Assembly: GCA_010093815.1 (NCBI GenBank)
Contig: ML996573.1
Strand: one strand, 5' to 3'
Origin: Pseudovirgaria hyperparasitica
Lineage: Eukaryota
Length of the DNA stretch: 64,000 bases
In this document: positions 11,495-24,396 of the stretch, piece after piece
Layout: each line of letters opens with the position of its first letter
Position numbering within the stretch: position 1 is the stretch's first letter
Notes under the pieces: generated by a model
What the model was told of the DNA's origin: nothing
Databases searched by the model: none
Seen by the model: only the letters and a program-made list of their open reading frames with translations
Made by a program: the position numbers and the translations under genes

Positions 11495-14477
11495 ATGGAG
11501 CCTGTAACAGCATTGGGCCTTGCCGCTGCGACAATACAGCTGGTCGACTTTACCCACCGTGTTCTGCGGACGACGAACGAGATCTGCAAGGATGGCAAGG
11601 CTGTGGACATCGACACCTTGCAAAACACTACGTATGACCTGAAGAAGTTGTCAGTCCAGGTGCAGAAACGCCAGAAGGTCGAACAACTTCAAGACCCCGT
11701 AAGATACGCGTTGCACTCGTCACTTGGACTCGCGATTTGACGAGCTACAGGATCTTGATATGATAGCGAGCGGTTGCCAAGACGTTGCTAAAGAACTCCT
11801 AGATGGTCTTACGAAGTTGACGCGAGGGCCCGGCCGTCAAAATACGTGGTCGGCTAGTCTCGTGATAGCGTTTCGAACTATCATGGCGAAGGACAGGATA
11901 GAGGCGATGTCGAAAAGGCTAGAGAGCTATCGGGCTCAGATGCACCTACGGATGGTCAACTCGCTGGTCACAAAACTCGATCTACATAGTACCGAAACCA
12001 GGGAGCAGTTCCTTGCTATCGGACGAAAGCTAGACCCTCCAAGGCTCTCCGATAATTCACAGACATGTACACCGCATGTTGTTGACCACCCTTTAGAGTC
12101 TCACACTGGTAACCTACAGACAGAAAATCTGTCCGAAAAGCTCTTACAGGCGCTCAGCTTCGAGACACATGATCTACGTGAAGAAATGATTGCCAATCAT
12201 CATATTTCGACATTTCGCTGGGTACTGTCGGATAGTACCGAGAAGGCTGAGTGGTACCATCTACCCCCATGGTTGCGGAGCAATGAGAAGATCTACTGGA
12301 TCCATGGAAAGCCAGGATCAGGAAAGTCAACACTCATGAAATACATCGCCAACGAGCCTAAGACAGCGTCTTTGCTCAGGGACTGCAGCGATAGCAGGGT
12401 TCTTGTTCTGGCCTCACACTACTTCTGGCTGACCGGGTCGCCTCTCCAGCAATCCAGGATTGGACTACTACGGTCTTTGCTGAAGCAAATACTTCTATGT
12501 CACCCATCTTTAATCCATGACGTATACCCCTTCTTGGAGAAAGACCTTGCAGGACAAATGACAGGGCCTGAACATGTCTCAGGCTTCCGTATGAGTAGGC
12601 TCCAAGCTTCTTTAGAGTCTGTATTTCATAAGAGGAGTGCAACTCATCGCTTCTGTTTCTTCATTGATGGTCTTGACGAATGCGGAGACGACCATGATGA
12701 ACTTGCGGAGTGGCTAGAACAATTGTGCCAGCACAACTCTAATATGAAGCTAGTGCTCTCAAGTCGATCCTGGAACGTTTTCGAGGATGCCTTTGGGTCA
12801 TATGCTAGCATGAAAATGCAGGACCTCACGCGCCCAGATATCGAGAGGTATGTTGCTTCCAAGCTTGAAAGGAGCCGAGGCATGAAAATTCTTCTTCTGG
12901 CACACCCTGGAGCTGCTGAAGTCTTCAAGAGTCTCATATGCACAAGGGCCGATGGGGTCTTCCTCTGGGTATCCTTAGCAGTGGACTCTCTACTCAGAGG
13001 CTTCTCAAATTCTGATTCACTCGAGCAATTGACACAAAGGGTAGAGTCTCTGCCAAAAGAGATTGAAGGCTTATACTCTATGATATTCGACTCCATCGAT
13101 CCCATGTACCGATGTAGCGCTGCTAGACTACTCCTTGTCATGCTGGAAGTTTCAGACTTAGAGTCAATCAGTGTTTGCTTTTTGACCGAAACTTCGATGG
13201 AAACGGCCATGGATGCCACCATAGAAGATCTAACGTATAAGGATGTACTCATCTACGACGAGACTGCACAGAGACGATTGGATGCTTACACCAGAGGTCT
13301 GCTAGAGTTATCCAAGTCAAGCGACTTATCCAGCTCAACGCGGTGCAAACGTGTGTTGTTCATTCACCGAAGCTTTGCAGATTTCTGCCGAACGGACCCG
13401 TTCCTTGCGATATTGCTGAAGGATTCCGGAGAGGATTTCGACCCACACCATGCGATGATGTGCGCCAAACTAATGCAGTTAAAGAAGAATATCTGGCTTT
13501 CCAACGACCACAACCAGCCAAGGGCTCTGGGATCTGTGCTGACCTCTTTGTGGCATCATGCCCGGAAGACCCAGAAGCCAATTCAATCACGTTCATCTAT
13601 TCTTGAAGAGACTGAAGAGACCCTCAAAGTTATCATGGGATCTGATCGGATGCAGAATCGTCTTAAGCATAAAGAGGCCAGGGGCACCGCTGCGAATACT
13701 TTACTGGAAGTAAACGAAATTAAAGCAGATCGAGGACTCCAGATCTATTTCCGATTGAACTTTCACGAATCATATTCTGGGCTACACGAGAGGTTCCCGT
13801 TCTTACTCACTGCTATCAATTTACGCGACCCAGAGTACGCCGTGTATCGAGTAATCCGTGATCCAAGCATGTCGTTTGCAGACAAAGTCTCACTTGTAGA
13901 CGATATTCTCGTGGTAGGACTAGGTCATGAGACATATCGCGACAGACAAATGGATGTTAGACATATTTTAGGTGACATTGAAGTGCAGATAGAGGCCTTA
14001 AAAGGTCTGCTCACGGATATCTCCAAGACACGAGCCGGAACGGATTATATCTCGACGCTCTGGCGAGGACTTGTGAGCAATATGTTCGCTTATCTTCTCG
14101 AGAGTGTCGACGCAAGAAGTCCGGTCCTGCTCTATCTCGCCATAATGTACCTTTTACTTCATCCTACGTTCGGACTAGGTCATGAAGATTGGGAATTTCG
14201 TCCAATTAAAGTAGGCTGGATGCTTCACGAAAGGCGACGGGCTTATTTACTTGAGGCAGCTTTGGAGATTGAAGGGAAAATATCTGCTGTTAGCGCGCTT
14301 GGTATTTTCGAGCATGAATACCCAGTGTATGTGGCTAAGCGGTATAAAGTGTGGAACATCTCCGCATTATGGACTACAGAATACAAGGAGCGTTTTGAAG
14401 CGAGCATGGAAATGGTACAGACCCGCCTTCAGGAACGCATGAATGAGACACACGTGTCAGACTCGACCGTGACATGA
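11495..14477 (+). CDS. Fungal NLR-like STAND protein: N-terminal HeLo-like/SesA-type helical domain + NACHT NTPase + unrecognised C-terminal region; 2 exons (intron 11699-11750)
   Basis: Typical N-terminus MEPVTALGLAAATIQLVDF. Walker A WIHGKPGSGKSTLMK, Walker B FCFFIDGLDEC, then VLSSRSW and RADGVFLWVSL. GTAAGA..CTACAG intron joins the two ORFs in frame. Confidence 0.92.
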
Positions 14478-16257
14478 GACCATTGCCCTTCTCACAAGGC
14501 CTTGCTGTGACGACTAAAGATGCTAAGCTACAATTCCGGGCTATCTCAAAGGAAATGGAGGAATCGAAATGAGACCTTATAGCGATCATGATGTACTATA
14601 GTTCTAATACTATAGCAGAACTTCATATACTCACTCTCAACTAGGAATCAATCATACAACGTTACATCACTTATAGAAGTAGATGGCACGGCAAAAGTCT
14701 ACATATACCCCTGGAATCTTGAATAGCTTAGGACAAATGTACTAACAAGTAGATTCTAGTTGCTTCTAATACTTTTACTATGTGGAGAGATGAAGCCTAC
14801 GAGTCTTAGGAGTACAAAATCTATACTTTCGAGTGGAGGTAGTACAATCCTACTTTAGTTGACTCAGGGCTGTAAAGCGGTTATCTACCATCTCTCTGTA
14901 TAGTATCGAATGTCGCAAGGAGAAACTGATGATCTCAGGCACAGAGGTCCTTCTCAAGGCGGATTAATGTATCTACATAGCACGTGAATGTCAGGCCCGG
15001 CCATGTATGCATTGCACCATACGCTGCGACGATTTTCATAGACTGCAACAGGATTACATCAGAGGTTGGCGTTGTCGCGCACAAAGTTGTCTGAGCACAC
15101 TGGCCATAATAGTATAAGATATACCCCTATCTCCTGCCATGGAAGGGGTATTTCTCGCGTTGATACTACTGGAACATGTATGATGGAAGTTCCTAGGACA
15201 ATGGCTTGGTCATATCTTACTATCAAATTGCTTGAGAAAACATAGAGAGAAGCTGGTCACCCTATTCGAGTGTATCGTTTGCTATTGAGCCTCTTCATGG
15301 AGATGGCATTCCCGCTTGTGGGCTGTACACCGACTTTGCTGTCCCTACAAGCGTCCTTGGTCAGTATTTCATAGCGCTACTCGCTGGAATAGTCCAGCGC
15401 CAGTGCCTAGTTTTCCAGACTGCTTTTGACTTCTGAAAGCATCAATACTGTGGGAAGACTGATCATGATTTATGTTACGCGGTATCTCGTAAACAGACAG
15501 AGTAAGAAACTGACTGAGGTGCTTAGGACGGGAGCTTTCATCTTCAGCCAAGTAAAAGCTACGTAGTATAGTGTGACACCTATTCCTTGATGCATAAGGA
15601 GTGGTGCTATATTATATGCTGGGATAAGTATCTTCAGCGCTGTACCACAGAAAATGACGGAGTCACCTAAATAGGGCGCTTGTATATCACTTCTCACTAG
15701 ACTCATCCAGATGATCCGTCTTGCATCTGAGCAGAACTCATCTATAAGAATCTACCTCCTCAAAAACATTTAGAGTCAACATCTCCCATCCCACCCTTCT
15801 TTAAAAACCTTACCGTGATTCTTTCTCTATGTCTTGTGTTTTTCACTACATAATGGAGAATTATGAATTCAAAGAAGCCTTTTGCGACTGCACTCACCAC
15901 CTTATGCATAAGCAAGGCTGTGTAATTACTATTTACTTTCCCGAGCTATAATAGTCTGCATTATCATAACATTCAACGTTGGGCATTGCCATACGATTTC
16001 GATGGTTGGGAGTAGTTCAATAACTTGTATTGGGGACATCACATGGTCTAAGTAAGCATGTACATGAGCCCCAGCTGAACATGCGTCCGGAAACGGTCGC
16101 TGCTGCCTAAATGACTCACGCCAAACTGCTAAGGGTAATAGATCATCCCGAGACCGTTTAAAATACATCTACTTAGTATCTAGAAGCTGCAGCTGCCAAG
16201 TGAGGAGATTAAACACCAACGTTATAGGAATCAAGTGGATCCAGTAAGACATAGACC

Positions 16258-17056
16258 ATGGCCTCACAAACAAAACCAGACATCACTCTCTACGACCTGG
16301 CCTGCACAAAAGGCGTCTGCTTCTCACCTGTGGTATGGCGCATTAGACTGATGCTCAATTACAAGAAAGTCCCCTACAAGACTGTCTTCCTCGAGTTCCC
16401 CGATATCGAGCCCGAATTGAAGAAGCTGTAGGTCTATCATCCATCTGAGCAGAAACAGCCCACTGATTGTTGAATGTAACAGCGGCATCCACCCGCACTC
16501 GGACGCGTCATCCACAAAGCCCGCATACACTGTTCCCGCAATCATCCATCACCCCAGTAGCACATACTTAATGGACTCTGTACATATCAGCCAATTCCTC
16601 GAATCCACCTACCCACATCCACCGGTCCCACTCTCCACCACATTCGGCGATGGTATTATATTGGCCGCACGCAGCACCGGCGTCCCCGCTTACCGCATCT
16701 CGCTCCTCTCACGCGAAATCTCTATCTTGTCGCCGCGCAGCCAGGAGTACTTCCGTAGCACGCGAGAAAAGGATCTAGGACACCCACTAGAGCAGCTATT
16801 GGAAGGCGATAAGGAGGAAAAGGTTTGGGCAGAGCAGCAGGAGGGGATGGAGGAGCTGGGTAGGTCTATGAGGGCGAACAAAGCGAAGGGTATGTTTCTG
16901 GAGGGCAAGGAACCGGTATATGCGGATTTTTGGATTGCGGGTGTGATGCAGTGTGCGAGAGTGGTGGACGAGGGTGTTTGGGAGAGGTTCATGGGATTTG
17001 AGGGTTGGAGAGATGTTTATGAGGCGTGTGAGGAGTTTATGACGAAGAAGGATTGA
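16258..17056 (+). CDS. Glutathione S-transferase, fungal etherase-like (GSTFuA/LigE-related) class; 2 exons (intron 16428-16482)
   Basis: MASQTKPDITLYDLACTKGVCFSPVVWRIRLMLNYKKVPYKTVFLEFPDIEP; cis-Pro motif YTVPAI; MDS glutathione-site motif; C-terminal PVYADF. Confidence 0.9.
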
Positions 17057-20000
17057 GAGTCGGGTTTGCGTTCGGATGTCAGATCGCTAATGTGTGATTT
17101 CATGATGAACGCTTGATAGAACTGAGCATTCCGTTCATAGTTCCCAGTGCGCCAGACAACATGGTGTATCCTTGATCTCCCCTAACTTCAATTGTACCAC
17201 GTAGTACTCCCAGAGACTCCATCAGACTTCATGACAATGCTACAACGCAGGCGTTGTCAATACACCGATACTCAATCTCTGGGATTTAAGAAGCTTATAC
17301 AATGGATGCACCAGTATATCAGACTAATCGAAACTGTTAGATGGATGGTGAAGCATGGATAGCGACAGAACATCAAGGCAAGTCAACTCAGTAATACAAT
17401 TAGTAGACCGTCCATGGCTCTTCCACTTTCATATGCAAATCTCTTAGACTATTGTAACTACAATAATGATATGATTTTCATTAGCTAATTGGATCTGTTT
17501 TTATGGAGTCTAGTACTCAGCTAGGATGCTTCAATTGTTATGTTTAAGAACTAGAACAAGAAAGTAGAGACGTATCATTACGTACAGTGTTAGTCACTCC
17601 ATCAACAAGAGCGGCCGAGTCGGTGATGGTCTCCAACAGGGCCGTGCCTCTGGCTCACTGGACTAGGCTAACTAATGTCTCTAATACCCCACGTTCAATG
17701 TCTTTAACCATAAGTAATGGTATTGCCACGATCCTGAAAAGCAATACGATGTGGAGCAGGCGGTGAAATGATTGCGTACTCCGGTATGTCAGCGTCCAAG
17801 AATCTACGAAACTTGCATGTCTTGGCCCATAGAGCTAGTACTTCATCCTTGCCTCTCTGTTGCAAAATCTTGCTAAAGCCAACGAGGCTTAGAGGCCAAG
17901 AAAGGTATGCCTCAGCTAGAACTGGGCATCAGCTTGCGTCTGCGCCTTTCGCTTACTCTTCCTTGTGATACCACAATCTATGTCCCCTTGAGGCATGGCC
18001 AATATGAGACAAGATGCGACACCCAATGTTCTGTGGGAATGGAATCATTCATATGAATCTCTTCGTTCAGCTGTGAGGCCTAACATGCATAAGGACCATC
18101 ATGAATGAATTCCTCGACAACAAACACAGCCTAAGCCTGTTCGTAGCGACTTGCTATAAAGATCGTGAACGCTAAGTTGGATAATGTTCATACTAAGATA
18201 TATACATAATAGCTATTTTTAGAACAAGTACGTGCGTACAACGTGAAGATAGGAGCCAAGCTAATCGGAGATCTTCGGTAGAGCGTACGTTAGTCATCTT
18301 TCATTCTAGTGCAACTCTTGGCATTTCTAACATTGAAAAGCTTTTAGGGTAATATAAGTTCACTCTCAAGCACTATCTGATGAGAAAGTAGCGTTAAGCA
18401 AGTAGATAGAGGCATTTTGATAACTAATTATCATGAGTTTGAAGTAGTCAATCTAATGAAGTCGAAACTCTTAGGAGCTCGCGTACTTCTATGGAGCTGG
18501 GCAAGTATACCCGAGAAGTGCCAAGAGTCACGCTAAAATGTCCAGCCGGATCCAGTGTCTCAACGAATTGACTCTCTAACAAGTAACAACATCACGAAGC
18601 CAAGACGTATTAGCTAGAAGGTCTACACAGCCGACACTATACCACGAGCTGCCGTGGTCGGCTCAGATCCCGTCATCTTATCAGTACCGCTGTTTGTCGG
18701 AGCAGAACACGTAGAGCTCTCTGGCATAAAAAAAGCAAGGATATAACGACTCTTTACCGGGGATTCCGTTGGCCATTGCATCCTTCGGAGCTATGGATCT
18801 GCCTTACTATACATGCAACGCGACGATCGTGTCTTTTCCAGGCCATCACCGAAGCCCACTCTACAATCGTAATAACTGCCTTCGCCTCCAAGAACAACTC
18901 CCAGCCACGCAAATTGCGGGACTTGGGTACTCTGATACTGACGCGACGTCTATTGCGACTCGGTAGATGTTGACTGTGTGCTTGGCGAAAGAAGCTTCCC
19001 TCTTCGCAAGGAATGCGGCAACTGCTTTCCTTCTTGTCGGCAGTGTCAAACGCGTCACAAGAAAGCGGACGTCTGAACTCAAAATCATGTGCGGTATGCT
19101 GTTCTATTGCCCTATCGGTCTAATACAAAGGTACAGAAAACGACACCGCTCTGCAATAACCCGACAATTTGGCATGACTTTCTCTACTAGGATACACATT
19201 GAATGACGTTTCGTTGCCATAATGGCAGCTGGGGCGTACTATCGGCCTCTGTCTTCCTCGTATCAACTAAGTCGACACCAGGCTTAATCTTTGTTTCTGG
19301 CTGTTAGCAAACAGTTTCCATTTGTGTTTTACATGGGGTTCTAGGGGAGAAGCCCGACATACATTCTTGCCAAACTCTTGGAGTACCTGAGAACATCCAT
19401 GGGCATTCACGAGGCCCACCCCCACCCTCGCTTGGCGCATTCGGCTCGGGAAGATCAACGCCTCTGCAGAAAGTCGAACGTTAACGTACCTTACCCTTGC
19501 CTACAATACTGGTCAATCACAGAGTTCCCCGGCGCTTGTTATCCATCCAGAATCCTCCTCTGGTGGTGCAGAAACTGCTTCGCAAGATGACGCAGCCATA
19601 TAGCACTATTCGCAACTCATTAGCTTGATATGTAATTTTACCTTGAACGAATGAGGCGAACCAGGAGTGTTATCTCGAAGCCCACTGCGAACCCTATTCC
19701 CGGTCGCTGTTTATGACAAAACCTTCAGTGTGGGTACATTGTTCAACCATGACCTTCTTTGCGGTAATGTCAAGTTTATAGGAATTTTCAGTACTTGACT
19801 GAATCTTCTCACGTTCACTGTTGCTTGCTTTTCGGATGCAAACTAACAAACATATTTCGAAACAAGACCAGCTGTTTGCGTTCAACATGATACGCAAGCG
19901 CAACACTCAATCAAGTAGTGCGAACGCTCTATCGCATACCACAGATAGATCGCCGCAATCACAACGGTGCCTATAGCGTTCGCTTCAGCCGGGAAACACC

Positions 20001-20550
20001 GCTCTAGCAGGGTGCGCAATGAGCACATGCAATGTTGCATTATGCATCGAGGTGTCGTTCAATGATACTACTTCTTTCCTTGACTATAGCTGCATATATG
20101 AAGTCCATCTGTCGGTTCTTATGGATCCTTTGATATGCACGCACTATGATGCGCAGGGTCAGTCACTCTGGCCCACCTTCTTAATACAAGAGACACGTGA
20201 GTACCCTGGCGCTCGACACTCTTACTTATCTGATCAAGGCTGCCAAGTAAATCCCAAGACTGCTGTCAAAATCAATCTATGCACTGTAGCCAACATGGGC
20301 ATAATTCGCACTCCACATGTTAGCAGAGATAGGCGTCTTCAGCCAAGCCAAGCTGACCAGGCCAATTTTAATTGAATGCCAAGCTCAAACTTTCAGAGTT
20401 CTTGACTTGGGACTGGCTTGCCATCTACCCAAATAGGATTCGATCATTTGAGCTTGCAATTCTCGGCTTGTTTGTATATATAATGTGGTGTTAAGTCACC
20501 AGGAGGTGAGCACTACGTTATTGTCGACTATATAGTTCATAGCTAAGATT

Positions 20551-20607
20551 GACGGCGGGTCATAGTGACGGCGAGACATAGTAACGGCGAGGTATAGTGA
20601 CGGGGAG
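20551..20607. repeat. 16-bp minisatellite, about 3.6 copies (consensus GACGGCGAGACATAGT)
   Basis: Units gacggcgggtcatagt / gacggcgagacatagt / aacggcgaggtatagt / gacggggag. Confidence 0.85.
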
Positions 20608-20973
20608 CGCACTGCTGATCAGCGCACTTACTAAGGTATAAGAACCGTCAGCCCCTTAGTAGTCATGCTTGGCTTACTTATGGAATGTTTGAAGATGTCC
20701 AGCCCCGTAAGTCCGACAAGGAATATTGAACATCCCTACTGAAGTACCCTGTCATACTGATATACCGTTCTTGGCGACGGAGAACTTCCTCTTTACGGTG
20801 TGACACCTATTCCTACCTCTGTGAGACTGTACTCCGACGCCTGTGTAACGTTGTAGAGTAGTCTTTCAGCACACTTACGGCATATCCCACGTTACATAGT
20901 GTGATGGCAAATGTGTATATAATATATGCTTTGCAGTCCCAATTGATCATTCACTTAACTCTCTAATGTCAAC

Positions 20974-23900
20974 ATGGAAGAAATATCAACCCCCTCTTCG
21001 AAAAGCCTCCAGAATTTATATCCCGACCATCGAGCTCTACCTCATCCGTATATTTGTGATGAAGAAGCTCTACCTCCATTCCCCACTGTGCACGCCGCTT
21101 TCTTCCAACATGCCCAACTTCGTCCACTTAACACCGCACTCATAGATCATAGCTCTACGCCAGAGCGCAAACTGACCTACGGTGAATTGGCTCGGCATGC
21201 GTCCGAAATAGCCGACCAATTGATTTCCGCAGGCGTTAAGGAGAACCAAAGAGTTCCCCTTGTCATACACCGGAGCTTGGAAATGGCCGTTGGTATTCTT
21301 GGCATATTGATGGCTGGTGCTCAATACATACTACTTGACAGTGGTTATATACAAGACAAGAAATTCTCTTCCATATTGAGCGATTTAGACGGCAATACAC
21401 CGATCGTGACGACATCTACTCTATCGACAAGAGTCAGATTGGATGGCTCATCTCGTCGAACTCTTCTTGTGGATATAATTATAGAGTCTCGTTTGACGAC
21501 ACACAGCTCTCCAAGTCCGGTTTCATCGCAGTACTCACGGGGGGATGGGTCTTCGGGATGTTATGCAATCTATACAGCAGGTGAGCCATCCATTGTATAC
21601 TTGTTGACCTTACTAACATTGAAAGGGCCCACAAACCACAGCAGAGGAGTAGATGTTACACACAGCAATGCGGTCAATTTGCTTTGCCAGTCTCCTGGAA
21701 ACCTTGGAATGTCTCCCGGCGTCAAGGTCGGATCTGTTCAGCCACTGGGTTCTGATATGGGTAAGCTATGAGTTGATGAACCAATACAGAGTGCTACTGA
21801 CACTGGATAGGTGCATGGGAAATACTAGGTGCGTTCTGTAATGGAGCGATCCTCGTTATGAGAGGCTCAGATTGGGTAGAAACTCTTCGCGAAGTACCAT
21901 CTCCTCTCTTCTCGTAGTAAATCTACTGACAAGCAAAGATTGAAATACTCGTTGCAACTCCTACGATACTTGCGAGGTTCGACCCTCAAGACTACCCAAA
22001 CATCAGAGTAGTCGCGTCGAGAGGCGATCAGATGCTTCAGAGGTAGACTTCCACTGTTATTTTGCCATCATGTGCTGATTATGAACAGTACTGCCGACAC
22101 ATGGGTAGATGCAAATAAGACATTACTCATTGGGTACGGCACCCCAGAAGTGACTATTGTGAACACACTCAGCAAACACACATCCGGAATGCCAGTATGT
22201 ATGGGGCGTCCCACGCCAAATAACACCATATACATACTAGACGAGAATAAACTTCATGTGAACATGGGCAAAGTTGGTAAGATCTGGGCTGGAGGCAGCG
22301 GTGTCGCCCGAGGTTATATTGGCACGTCTGAGTTGAATGTCCAGTGGTGGTGGGAAGATCCGTTTATCAATGATGGGTTCGTTACTCCTAATCGGGCTGA
22401 TACAGTGCATGCTGATAGATGCACTAGTTCGATGATGTTCAACACCGGCAATCTAGGCTATTGGCTTCGTGATGGTTCCTTGCAGACCATCAGGCGACAG
22501 GACGATCTAGTGAGGAGCAAGGTACGTGCTATACTTCTGGTATCTGGATCTCCACGCTAATAAAGTCCAGGAGGTTCAAGTCGAGCTTGATAGAGTCGTT
22601 ACAACTCTGCTTGCTTGTGATGGAGTAAGCGGCGCTGTGGCAATATTCTATGAGAAACAACTTCATGCCTTCATTACCCCGAGCACATGTTCAGTTGGAG
22701 ATGTCATGAATGAAGTAAAGAGGACGCTCCCTCGTTATGCCGTGCCACAATTCTGTATTCCGATCGACCAGTTTCCACAAACGCACAATGGTAAAGTCGA
22801 CCAAGATGCTCTCAGGAGTCTTGTGAAAGACTTAGATCAAGCGTATGACAACTGTGTCATGACTACATCCGATCGATCTCCTTTTTCTACCAAGGCATCG
22901 ACTATCAACGGGGACAGCTACTCTTTACCTGAAAAGCAGATGGTCAAATATATCAATTCTACGACCACTGACGGCGATACCGAACTTCCCGTACCCGCTA
23001 AAAACTGGCCAAAATGGGCTAGAAACCTGCGTCTGCGTATATTCATTGTGTACCGCACAATCTTTACACTCGTATGGCTATCTAACGTCGCGGCTTTGGT
23101 TTGCCTTCTTTCCTTGGACGCTAATACTTCCATCTGGCTTGGTCGACTGGCATACATCAACCTCACAATCGCAGTCTTGATTCGGCAAGACCATGTTGTC
23201 AACGTCCTATACTCTATTGCATGTGCGATACCTCAATCATGGCCAGCTTTTATTCGATTGCGTGCTGCAAAGATCTACCACTTCGGAGGAACCCATTCCG
23301 GATTTGCGAGCTGCGCAATTGCGTGGTACACTGCGTCGCTAGTCGTGAGTGGATGGACGAGAGTCAACGTCCAAACAGCTACGACTGGCTCAGTTCCTTG
23401 GCTTGTCCTATCTTTCCTCGCCCTAGGACTACTCTTCGGTGTTGCTGGAGTGGCCTATCCACGCTTCCGAAAGGTCAACCACAACAGCTTCGAGCTGATA
23501 CATCGCTTTTTCGGGTGGTCTGCACTGATACTCATCTGGATTACGACGCTCCTACTCGTCCGCGACAACCGTAAAGCATGGCCAGAGTCACACCCGAATT
23601 CCACATCTACACCTCCATACGGTACCGTCCTTGCCTCAACCCCTGAATTCTGGCTCCTACTCCATCACCCTAAGTATCGCCCTCTCCTGGGCAACCCTTA
23701 GAAAAGTTCCAGTCGACGCAGAACTCATGTCCGACCACGCCGTGCGCCTCCACTTCTCCTACACCGTCCCCGTCAACGGCTCGTTCGTCCGCATCTCGAC
23801 TCGCCCGCTCCTCGAATGGCACTCCTTTGCCCCAATCCCCGCACCCGAAGCCGTCAACGGCCGCCCCAAAGGCTTTAGTCTAATCGTGAGCAACGCCGGC

Positions 23901-24396
23901 GACTGGACTCGAGACATAATCTCGAAGCCGCGCGCCGAGATCTGGGTTCGTGGCGTGCCGAGTACGTTTTCCTCTGCGCTGAACTCTCTGTCATACTGTT
24001 ATTCTGACTGACCACCCTACAGCTTGCGGCGTCATGCGCGTTGCCCCGCTCTTCCGCTCGCTCATACTCATTGGCACAGGCTCTGGTATCGGGCCTCTGC
24101 TCGGCTTCATACAGCGTCCGACGTGCCCATATCGCCTGATCTGGAGCACAAAAGACCCTGTCAAGACATTTGGACAAGATATCTGCAATACTATCATGAG
24201 GCAGGACCCGAACGCAATCATCTGGGATACGCGGGCGAGGGGAAGGCCAGATTTGGTAGCGTTGGCGTGGAGAGAGCGGGAGAAGTTTGGGGCGGAGGGA
24301 GTGTTGATCATTGCGAATGAGAAGATTACGAAGAAGGTGGTGTATGGGTTGGAGAGTCGTGGGGTGCCGGCGTTTGGGGCGATTTGGGACTCTTGA
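20974..24396 (+). CDS. tmpL: TmpL/NPS12-like NRPS-like protein: adenylation (AMP-binding) domain + ferric-reductase-like transmembrane domain + FAD/NAD(P)-binding domain; 8 exons; apparent frameshift near 23663 (possible pseudogene)
   Basis: A domain: LTYGEL, GILGILMAGAQY, MGRPTPNNTIYILD, GGSGVARGY, PQTHNGKVD. TM region with His motifs KIYHFGGTHSG and HNSFELIHRFFGW. FAD motif EWHSFA; NAD motif IGTGSGIGP. Introns 21581-21625, 21761-21810, 21894-21938, 22043-22088, 22377-22427, 22522-22570, 23962-24022. No thiolation domain seen. Confidence 0.82.

Noticed and set aside
12020..12130. Amyloid signalling motif in the NLR linker or a neighbouring effector gene
   Set aside because: No G/N/Q-rich HET-s-, sigma- or PP-like repeat visible, and no adjacent effector gene.
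14600..16200. Possible RIP-degraded transposon after the NLR gene
   Set aside because: TA/TAG-rich by eye, but no transposase or RT motifs and no terminal repeats; needs RIP indices and a repeat-library search.
20551..20607. CRISPR-like array
   Set aside because: Head-to-tail tandem units without spacers in a eukaryotic genome; it is a minisatellite.
23571..23701. Intron that might repair the TmpL-like frameshift
   Set aside because: GTAAAG..TAAG (104 nt) gives the wrong phase and removes a TM helix; GTATCG..TTAG is under 30 nt and deletes conserved-looking residues.
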